Source of the DNA: Owenia fusiformis
Taxonomy: Eukaryota
Length of the DNA: 64,000 bases
Direction: 5' to 3'
Assembly: GCA_903813345.2 (NCBI GenBank)
Contig: CAIIXF020000001.1
Coordinates: 3,224,001 to 3,288,000, forward strand
Part shown: positions 54,661 through 64,000 of the stretch, piece by piece
Numbering within the stretch: the stretch's first letter is position 1
How the letters are laid out: each line of letters begins with the position of its first letter
Program-made: the position numbers and the translations under genes
The notes under the pieces: model-generated
Database searches by the model: none
What the model was told of the DNA's origin: nothing
Seen by the model: only the letters and a program-made list of their open reading frames with translations

Positions 54661-55288
54661 TGCTCAAATGAACTGCCATATTTTCCCTTGTATGTTTCAG
54701 TTTGAAGACGATACAATGATATCATTTGAGCAATATAGTGATATAGTCAATATATATCAACATTGTTGATAATGTTGATAGTCTTGTTGCAGATGAGGAT
54801 TGGTTGTGTAAATACTAAATATGATACTAAACACCATGAATGTTTCTTATAAAATTGAAACTCTTGGGTAAAGTCAATGGATCAGGTTCTAATAAGAAAA
54901 TCAGAAATTATTGTGCAATTTTTATGTCTGGCATTTGATTTTTTAAAAACAATTCTAAAATTGAAATCCACTAGAAATTTTTTTAACAAAAATGCCATTT
55001 TGATTTCCATAAGCTTTAAGGGGAGGGTCTAATTCTTGAACAAATCACCTTGTAGCTTTGTTTTCATTAGCAGACTTGACTTTCTCTAGAGCATGCTTGA
55101 TTTTGTTTTAGCCAGTGACTTTACATCATATTTTTATATCACTTTTCCCAGGTCTATAATCTTCTGCTTATATATATAAGGGAGAATGTGGCTTTGTTGT
55201 TCAAAGGCAGACAGGTGTAATTGTTGTATGAGAACGCATATGTGTATTTTGTACAGGACATTAAAACAAATGTGAAAACCAATTGAGA

Positions 55289-55302
55289 AATAAAACTTTA
55301 TT
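55289..55302. terminator. Back-to-back polyadenylation signals for convergent UBE3C (+) and dioxygenase (-)
   Basis: AATAAA-AC-TTTATT. Confidence 0.5.
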
Positions 55303-55948
55303 CAAGCAATAAGCTTTAGCTGCAGGTTGACACAGATTACATGTAACTGTACAAAGGATATTCTTAAATATTTATGAATTAATAAAACCATTATATTATT
55401 AAGCATTATTTTGTCTGAATAAATATCATGATTACTTATTAAGTAATAATAATTTAATGGCTGGTGTTTTGAAAATAGTCCTATCACAGACAAGTACATC
55501 AATATTTGGCAATACACATACATACAAGAACAGTAATAAATCTAGTATTGTCATCAAGTATAACTTTAATATAAAATAGGGCCACTTTCCTCAAGGTCCT
55601 ACAGTTTTGCATGTAACCCAATTCTCATCCACAAATATAAACCAGTACGTTTTACGAGGACTTTTATAAGTCCAATCAATGTCGCTCAATTCACAGTCCT
55701 ATCACAGACAAGCACATCAATATTTGGCACTACTTGTATAAAGACGAATATATTGAGATATGAGAAAAGTAGGAAATAAAGCTTTGTCTTTAAGTAAAAT
55801 AGGTTCACTTTCCTATAGTGTTAAATGTAAACCAATTCCACACCAATACTATCAGTACATTTTACGAGGACTATAGAAGTTTCTGTCATTCCAGTAGGCC
55901 TTTATGTATCAATTTAAAGCAAGCTAAGGTATGTGATATACCAAGGTT

Positions 55949-58900
55949 CTAACACATGTCTCCCTTGCTATGACAAACATTGCTTTTAGCAGGAATAACT
56001 GTCCCCTTCACGGTTGTCCTATGCAGGACTCTGAGTCCTACTTCACTTACTGGAAACTGAGTCTGTTCACTAGCCTCATGTCCCAAAGCTAAGTTGTCGG
56101 ATATAATAAAGTCTCCAGGCTCCCACTGAAATAAAAGGTTATAGTTATTATAAAATGTGATAGAATGATTTAATAATTTCTTTCAAATATCCAAGATGTA
56201 ATATCAAATCATCTCAGTCAAAGTCTTCAGATTTAATAAGGTGAAATACAAAGTAAAATAAAATGATAAACATCAAGAGAGAAATGTAAATGATTGTGTC
56301 CAAGAAGATGTTCATCTGTTCATGTTGATAGACCGTACTCAGTACATATTTGAATCATATGTGGAAAATTAGTGGAAAAGTCCATAGATTTGCATGTTAA
56401 TCATGTTTATGTGTGAGTGGTATGAAACTTACCTTGCGTGAATGAGGTTAAACTCACCTTGTGTGAATGGTGTTAAACTCACCTTGTGTGAATGGTATTA
56501 AACTCACCCTGTGTGACGGTGTTAAATTCAACTTGTGTCAACAGTATCAAACTCACCTTGCTTGAATGGTGTTAAACTCGCCTTGTGTGAATGGTGTTTA
56601 ACTCACCTTGTGTGAGATGGTGTTAAACTTACCTTGTGTGAATGGTGTTTAACATAATGTCTGAGATGGTGTTAAATTACCTTATGTGAATGGTGTAAAA
56701 CTCACCTTGTGTGAATTGTGTTAAACTCACTTTGCGGAATAGTGTTAAACTCCCCTTGTGTGAATGGTGTAAAACTCACCTTGCGGAATAGTGTTAAACT
56801 CCCCTTGTGTGAATGGTGTTAAACTCACCTTGCGTGAATGATGTTAAACTCACCTTGTGTGAATGGTGTTAAACTCACCTTGTGTGAATGGTATTAAACT
56901 CAACCTGTGTGATGCTGTTAAATTCAACTTGTGTCAACAGTATCAAACTCACCTTGCTTGAATGGTGTTAAAATCACCTTGTGTGAATGGTGTTAAACTC
57001 GCCTTGTGTGAATGGTGTTAAACTCACCTTGTGTGAATGGTGTTTAACTCACCTTGTGTGAATGGTGTTAAATTACCTTGTGTGAATGGTGTATAACTCA
57101 CCTGGCATAATAATGTTAAACTCACCTTGTGAGAATACTGTGTTTCTGGTTTGTTGCAAATTCCTTCTTTATTTCCTTCAGAATCTCTAAGGTCTCTTGA
57201 AAGTTTGTAATCTTTTGTTTTTCTGTACCATAACCTTGTGTGAATGATGTTAAACTCACCTTGCGGAATAGTGTTAAACTCCCCTTGTGTGAATGGTGTT
57301 AAACTCACCTTGTGTGAATGGTGTTTAACTCACCTTGTGTGAATGGTATAAAACTCACCTTGTGTGAATGGTGTAAAACTCACCTTGTGTGAATGGTGTT
57401 AAACTCACCTTGCGGAATAATGTTAAACTCACCTTGTGTGAATACTGTAAGTGTTTCTGGTTTGTTGCAAATTCCTTCTTTATTTCCTTCAGAATCTCTA
57501 AGGTCTCTTGAAAGTTTGTAATCTTTTGTTTTTCTGTACCATAATCCCAAATAAACGCATCAGTCATTCCCAAATGGACACACATTGTCTACAAAATAAG
57601 TTATTCATTGAGGAATTGAAAAGTGATGATGATAGATATAAGTACATATATTGACCAGCCCATATAGTTTCTGTTAGGAGTGGTTAGTTTAGTCTAGGTA
57701 ACTTTGATGGTTATTTTGATATAAATTGAACACATGCCCATTTACGATTAAACACATACCATAATGAGGGCTTGGTTAAATATGACAGGAACACTGTACA
57801 ACAATCAATATGGTAAAGATTACTAACAGTATTAAGGCTACAATAATTGAATCTGACGTTTCGGTTTGGAGATGTACATGTAAGTGGAGTGGATGAAGCT
57901 TTATATTCCCACTTCCTCAAAGGGCTAATTATGTACATAAAACACATATTTCTGGAACAGTACAATACAGTAGAATCACAAACATTTTCCATAAATGACT
58001 GATGAACCATAATTTTTGCACAGTTTGCAGTGGACTCAGAGAAGTGCTTAATATTATATTTGTTTCCCGCAAGCTTAGTTCACACCAACGGCACTTTGAT
58101 AGCGCTTTAAAGCAGATATGCATGCCGCTTTAAAGCACTATCAAAGCGCTGTTTGTGTGAACTTAGCTTTAGCTCATATAAGAATGTACTATTTTTACCA
58201 GTTCTCCAGTTGATGGGTGTGAATATACCAGGGGGTGATACAATTGCCCTCTCCTGTCGCTGACCATCCACAGTCTGTCCCATCTTGCAAACTGTTCTTT
58301 GGACAGATTTTTCAAAAGCTCATTAAGGGGAATGAACACTGAAAATAAAAAATACAAGGCATATAACATACTTTAGGCTTTAGGCCAATATAAAGCTGGC
58401 AACACAACTGCAGTAACCTTGCAATACTGAGTGAGATGGGCAGACTACACAGGGAGATATGCTGAGTACTAAAATAGTACTCATGGCATTTTAGCACTAA
58501 TTGAGTACTCATTTCAGTAAATATTTGTACTAAATGAGCACTCATGACATGAGTACTGATTTATTGCATGTTTTAGTACTAAATGAGTACTCATGTGATG
58601 AGTGATAAAATAGCGCTAATTTCATTGATTTTTCATTACTCAATGAGCGCTCATGATATGATCACTAATTAATTGCATGTTTTAGTACTAAATGAGTACT
58701 GATATGATGAGTGATAAAATAGCGCTAATTCCATTGATTTTTCATTACTCAATGAGCGCTCATATTATGAGTACTAATATATTGCTCATGTTTCACGAGT
58801 GATAGAATAGTACTCAAAGATTAAAATGTTGATAGATTTTTTTTAATTGATGAAGTAAAATATAGGATACCTAATAAATTACATTTTGATTATTCGAAAA

Positions 58901-60875
58901 CATGGATAAATATATCATGAAGCTTTTCCAAAAATTCTCATTCCTGTAGCTATTTCATGTAATGGGTTGAAGCTAGGAAACAAAATGACAGACACCATAC
59001 TGTTCCATTCTTGAGAAAAGTGCATATATATACACATAGATTTGTTACTTGGAACAAGTGAAAGATGAGGTAAGTTGTATTAAATGAGAAGTTACTAAAA
59101 TTACATGGTAAGTTAGTTCTATGTGTGTTACAATTATAAGCTGATATACACTGGTGATCCACTCGATTACGCTGGTTACCAAAACGAACCGTTTTGGTAA
59201 CAAAATGTCGGAACGCCGAAGGCACAATTTTTCTTTTTCCCTTATTTCACGCGTTGTAGGCAGAATCCCCACGACGTTTTTTCTCACAACGTGCATCAGT
59301 ATCATATGTTTTAGAAAATGTACATGTTTGCGATAAAATAGCTCAGAGGACAACAGAATCGTCGATTTACTTCCTCACTTAAGTTACATAAACGGTTTTT
59401 CGAAAAACAGTTAAGATCTGCACTTTTAACCCAAACCGTTCATGTAACTTAAGTGAGGAAGTAAATCGACGATTCTGTTGTCTTCTGAACTATTTGTTCG
59501 CAAATATGTACACTTTCTTAAACATATGATACTGATACACGTTTGTGTTAAAAAATATCGTGGGAATAATCCCTACAACGTGTAAAATAAGGAAACGGGA
59601 AAATTGTACCTTCCGGATGTTCCGACATTTTGTTACCAAAACGAAACGTTTTGGTAACCAGCGTAATCGAGTGGATCACCAGTGATATAGGAGTAAGTCC
59701 AAATAACAAAATTGAAGGTAGCATGTGAATTGTATCCCACCTAGAATGATACCTACTGAGTGCTTATTATTTAGTAAATGAACAATATTTTAGTGCTAAA
59801 TGAGCAATTTTTTAGTACTAAAATAGCACTCAATTAGTACTAAATCATTACTTAAAATGTTGTTACTAAAAGGGTACTAAAATAAACCCTTATTTTTCAC
59901 AAAATAGTAAAATAGCACTCAAGTAGTAATAAATTAGCACACTGGCAAAAGTGCACTCATGAGTACTCATGGCACGAGTGCTAATTTAGTACTAATTTTG
60001 TACTAATTTAGTACTCGGCATATCTCCCTGTGTTCTTCTTTGCATTCTTTTCTATAGAACATCAGTGCACTCATTGTGCAAAAGTGAAAGATGTACACAC
60101 TGTGGGGAAGGAGTGATTCAAATTTGAAATATAACATGTGACTCAATTGAGGAATGCAGAAAAATTCCGAACATGCACCCTGACCTTAATAAAATTTTGA
60201 ATTCTATAAAGTTGGGAGCAGTACTGTATATGTAGTAGAATTTGTTTTCTATCGCTCTTTAGCCTACATGATGCAACGTATATACTCATTACTCATCTAC
60301 TGAACACAGGGCTCCAATTTTATTGAAGGACACTGATATCAAAGGAAAACCAACAAATGACAGGATCACGAAGCACTGTAATGGAGAAACTAAGTCAATG
60401 CATTATAAGAGAGTACAGTGTATATACACTGTATCAGTAACAGATACACAGTTTCTCCAATAGATGACACTTCGGCTTCCTGTACAATAAACTTACCTGT
60501 GTCACCAGACTTTGGTATGGATACCATATGATAAAGAGAATATGCAAAGGGAGCTTCTTGAAAACTGCCATCTATATGCCATCCAGTGCGTCCTACATTA
60601 GTACAACCTTCCGCTTCATTGTTTGACACCCTGAACACATCAGGATGTGGTGACTTGTGATGCTTGTAAAATGTTGATTCAAGCTCACCGAACCACTTGC
60701 TTATTTCAACATGTCGTTGTCCACTAACAGTGCCTTGATCTTTAAAAATTAGTAGTCTGTATTTTGTCACATCATTTTTTATTTTTTCAATAATTTCGTC
60801 TGACACTTCATTTTTCAAATCTATGCCTTTCACCTCGGCACCTAACTTACATGGTTTAATGGAGTAAGAACTCAT
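55949..60875 (-). CDS. TauD/TfdA-family Fe(II)/2-oxoglutarate dioxygenase, ~283 aa
   Basis: Exons 60875-60497 (LGAEVKGIDL...LLIFKDQ...WHIDGSF...GDT), 58338-58199 (HPLVYSHPSTGE), 57588-57433, 56125-55949 (WEPGDFIISDNLALGH...RVLHRTTV). HxD...H triad and distal Arg are present. Confidence 0.9.
56424..57445. repeat. 25-bp minisatellite (~35 copies) containing the exon-3 donor site, interrupted by a partial exon duplicate
   Basis: Minus-strand unit ATTCACACAAG|GTGAGTTTAACACC. 57126-57233 duplicates 57433-57544 with a 4-bp deletion. Confidence 0.93.
58072..58167. mobile_element. ~95-bp hairpin MITE
   Basis: AGCTTAGTTCACAC...CTTTGATAGCGCTTTAAAGC / GCTTTAAAGCACTATCAAAG...GTGTGAACTTAGCT. Confidence 0.65.
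58447..60033. mobile_element. Non-autonomous TIR element with AGTACT-rich subterminal repeats
   Basis: TIR ACACAGGGAGATATGC(T/C)GAGTACTAAA at both ends, with many GAGTACTCA and TTAGTACTAA repeats. No clean TSD. Confidence 0.75.
59149..59684. mobile_element. Foldback element with CACTG termini (CACTA/CMC-like), nested in the previous element
   Basis: About 245-bp inverted arms (CACTGGTGATCCACTCGATTACGCTGGTTACCAAAACG...) around a ~45-bp spacer. ATATA flanks both sides. Confidence 0.85.
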
Positions 60876-60919
60876 GTTCCTTATAATGGACAAAACATTG
60901 AATATCAATGCTTGATTGA

Positions 60920-61140
60920 CGTAGAATTTAGAATTTACCAGAAATTTCATCAAAAATGAAATGTAAATTTTGCCGGAAGTGCTATTTAGTTTCGTCCAGG
61001 ACATGTAAACAAAGATGACGTCATATCTCGAAAATTCTACAAATGTCTGGAACAAACTATTTTTAGTAGGCCTGGAAAATGCTAGAAGAGAAGTCTCTAG
61101 AAATGTCTGGAATATATTTCTACAATTATATATATACCCA
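60920..61140. promoter_or_regulatory. Shared divergent promoter with heat-shock elements, CRE, ETS site and TATA box
   Basis: GAAaaTTC at 61030; GAA at 10-bp spacing at 61090/61100/61110 and 61075/61085; GAAatTTC at ~60941; TGACGTCA 61016; CCGGAAGT 60973; TATATATA at ~61127. Confidence 0.75.
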
Positions 61141-61316
61141 GGTATCAGACGTCCATTCAAATCACAAGAAGAAACACGACGAACAAGATCTAAAGGAGAA
61201 AACAAGAAGTGAAGTGACTTGAGAAGATTTGCATTGGAGATTGGAATTGGAAAATAAGACAAAATTGGAATCTAGAACCACTATTGAAAGTAATAAAATA
61301 TACAGCAAAAAACAAG

Positions 61317-61757
61317 GTATGTAATCCTTCATTGATTATTTCTTTTTCTCTAGAACAATCAAAAAGTCATCTTTTAAACATGAGCCACTAAATAGGTGGG
61401 GTGGGGGATCAAGAATGTAAAAAGTTTTTCAAAGAGGCTAAGCTACTATTAGTATGTACATGTAATTTAGTTGGTACAATATGTTTATTCCAGATGCATG
61501 TATGCTAAGATTGATAATGATTAGTTAAAGGTTAACTTAACTTATTTTATAGTTTATACTTGGCAATGTAGAGCTTCAGTGACATCTACATGTACAATAC
61601 ATCTACATGTACATTGTAGGTACATGTATCAAATAATCTTTATCACCTTTATCAGTTGGAGTTATTTTATGCTAGACAAGATATTGTTTCATCATATATA
61701 GTTTATCAATCGACATAAAGCAATTTTTGCTAATGGTTTATTGATTTTTATTTTCAG
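61317..61757 (+). other. Intron in the HSP70 5' UTR
   Basis: Donor CAAG|GTATGT at 61317; acceptor TTTTATTTTCAG ending at 61757, 9 nt before the ATG. Confidence 0.7.
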
Positions 61758-61766
61758 AAATACAGT

Positions 61767-63674
61767 ATGTCTGGCAAAGCACCTGTTATCGGTATTGACC
61801 TGGGGACGACCTTCTCTTGTGTAGGTGTCTTCCAGCATGGGAAAGTGGAGATTATAGCCAATGATCAGGGAAACCGAACAACACCAAGCTATGTTGCGTT
61901 TAATGACTCTGAAAGACTCATTGGAGATGCCGCCAAGAACCAAGTAGCGATGAACCCTCGAAACACAGTCTTCGATGCCAAACGTTTGATTGGTCGAAAG
62001 TTTGGAGATTCTGTGGTACAGTCTGATATGAAACAATGGCCGTTTAAAGTTACAAACGATGGGGGTAAACCTAAAATTGAGGTGGACTATAAAAATGAAC
62101 TTAAAAAATTTACCCCTGAGGAAATCAGTTCAATGGTTTTGACAAAAATGAAGGAAACCGCAGAAGCATACTTGGGTCAAAAGGTCACTGAAGCAGTAAT
62201 CACTGTCCCTGCTTATTTCAATGACTCTCAGAGACAGGCTACTAAGGATGCTGGCCACATTGCAGGGCTGAACGTCAAGCGTATTGTAAACGAGCCAACT
62301 GCTGCAGCCCTTGCATATGGACTTGATAAAAATATGCGGGGAGAAAAGAATGTACTGATATTCGATCTTGGTGGTGGCACTTTTGATGTGTCAATCTTAA
62401 CTATCGATGAGGGTTCAATGTTTGAAGTTCGAGCCACTGCAGGTGATACACATCTTGGTGGGGAAGACTTTGATATGAGAATGGTAAACCACTTTGTACA
62501 AGAATTCAAACGCAAAAACAAGAAGGACATTTCCAACAACCCAAGGGCTATGAGACGTCTCCGAACAGCATGTGAGAGGGCAAAGCGCACATTGTCAAGT
62601 AGTTCACAGGCAAGCATTGAAATAGACTCCCTATTTGAAGGCATCGACTTCTATACTTCAATCACAAGAGCAAGGTTTGAAGAACTCTGTGCTGATCTAT
62701 TCCGTCAAACCTTAGAACCAGTTGAAAAAGCATTACAGGACGCCAAACTTGATAAATCACGTATTGATGATGTCGTATTGGTTGGTGGCTCTACAAGAGT
62801 GCCAAAAATACAGAAATTATTGCAAGATTTCATGGGTGGGAAAGAACTCAATAAATCTATCAATCCAGATGAAGCAGTTGCATACGGTGCTGCAATCCAG
62901 GCAGCCATCTTATCTGGGGTGAAGGATGAGAAAGTTCAGGATCTCTTGTTGGTTGACGTTGCACCACTCTCCATGGGAATCGAAACCGCTGGTGGTGTCA
63001 TGACAAAAATAATTGAAAGAAACACTCGCATCCCAACAAAGAATGCTCAAACTTTTACCACATATTCCGACAACCAGCCAGGAGTTAGTATCCAAGTGTT
63101 TGAGGGAGAGCGTGCAATGACGAAGGACAACAATCTTCTTGGACAATTTGAACTGTCTGGTATACCTCCAGCTCCGAGGGGTGTTCCAAAAATAGAAGTC
63201 ACATTTGACATTGACGCCAATGGAATTCTCCATGTAACAGCCAAAGATGAAAGCACAGGTAAATCAAACAATATCCGTATCACAAACGACAAAGGCAGGC
63301 TCTCCAAAGAGGACATTGAAAAAATGGTTAATGATGCCAAAAAATATGAAAATGAGGACAATAAACAACGAGAGCGCGTAGCGGCAAGAAACAACTTGGA
63401 GGGTATGGCTTTCAACTATAAAACTGCTGCAACTGAAAATGAGGCCAAAATATCAGCTGATAATAAAGACATTGTATTGAATAAGTGTAAAGACATACTT
63501 TCTTGGATAGACAACAACAGTCTGGCAGAGAAAGAAGAATATGATGATAAATTAGAAGATCTCACTAAAACATGTTCTCCTGTAATGGCCAAGTTACATG
63601 GAGGAGCACCTAACCATGGTCAACAGGGAGGATCTTCTCATGCTGGCGGGCCAACTGTTGAAGAAGTTGATTAA
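61767..63674 (+). CDS. HSP70: Cytosolic heat shock protein 70, inducible type
   Basis: 635-aa uninterrupted ORF with [37 protein letters not shown] and C-terminal GPTVEEVD. No GGMP repeats. Upstream HSEs. Confidence 0.98.
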   Translation: MSGKAPVIGIDLGTTFSCVGVFQHGKVEIIANDQGNRTTPSYVAFNDSERLIGDAAKNQVAMNPRNTVFDAKRLIGRKFGDSVVQSDMKQWPFKVTNDGGKPKIEVDYKNELKKFTPEEISSMVLTKMKETAEAYLGQKVTEAVITVPAYFNDSQRQATKDAGHIAGLNVKRIVNEPTAAALAYGLDKNMRGEKNVLIFDLGGGTFDVSILTIDEGSMFEVRATAGDTHLGGEDFDMRMVNHFVQEFKRKNKKDISNNPRAMRRLRTACERAKRTLSSSSQASIEIDSLFEGIDFYTSITRARFEELCADLFRQTLEPVEKALQDAKLDKSRIDDVVLVGGSTRVPKIQKLLQDFMGGKELNKSINPDEAVAYGAAIQAAILSGVKDEKVQDLLLVDVAPLSMGIETAGGVMTKIIERNTRIPTKNAQTFTTYSDNQPGVSIQVFEGERAMTKDNNLLGQFELSGIPPAPRGVPKIEVTFDIDANGILHVTAKDESTGKSNNIRITNDKGRLSKEDIEKMVNDAKKYENEDNKQRERVAARNNLEGMAFNYKTAATENEAKISADNKDIVLNKCKDILSWIDNNSLAEKEEYDDKLEDLTKTCSPVMAKLHGGAPNHGQQGGSSHAGGPTVEEVD

Positions 63675-64000
63675 TCAAACAATATTGACTGAATGTGAAT
63701 TGATATTGTTATTAGACTATTCATTTTTAAGTATCCGTCAAAATATGGATATAGTCCAATTAAACATAGCATAGCTAGATATACTCCATATCACATTTAT
63801 TGTTTAATATTCATGTAAAATATTTATCCTGTATATTATTTAAAACAGATTATTGTATCATATAGAGATGTAGATTGTAATAATAAAAATTATGTAGGCT
63901 ATGATAGGAAATTATTTTATGTTTATAGTACAGTCTTTATAAGGATCAATGCCCAGACCCAGATTTGAGGACTCATTAATTAATTATTCAGAATGAAATG

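Noticed and set aside
60876-61262. N-terminal extension of the 290-aa ORF
   Set aside because: Begins at a non-ATG codon and runs through the HSE promoter and HSP70 5' UTR. TauD similarity starts at M 60875.
62228-63415. Antisense ORFs over HSP70
   Set aside because: Shadow frames of a conserved coding sequence, with no independent signals.

Overview
AT-rich, intron-rich animal genomic DNA. The gene content and repeat types suggest a lophotrochozoan such as a mollusc or annelid; this is inference. Genes reconstructed by eye from GT-AG junctions and translations: (1) a minus-strand tandem cluster of three extracellular sushi/CCP genes at 1-21.3 kb, two ending in a chitin-binding (CBM14/ChtBD2-like) domain, with furin sites, an unusual 7-Cys sushi plus odd-Cys companion module, and one acidic D/E/K/S repeat protein; (2) HMGXB4-like (minus, 24954-38132); (3) UBE3C HECT ligase (plus, 40298-54660), head-to-head with HMGXB4 and carrying a candidate two-exon antisense gene nested in an intron; (4) a TauD/TfdA-family dioxygenase (minus, 55949-60875), tail-to-tail with UBE3C and head-to-head with (5) an inducible-type cytosolic HSP70 (61767-63674). 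The most striking structure is four minisatellite arrays anchored at splice junctions. One carries about 37 copies of the HMGXB4 terminal-exon acceptor, and another about 35 copies of a dioxygenase donor plus a partial exon copy. Many non-autonomous DNA transposons are present (hAT-, piggyBac-, Kolobok-, CACTA- and Helentron-like). Coordinates were counted by hand and may be off by a few bases. No database searches were run.
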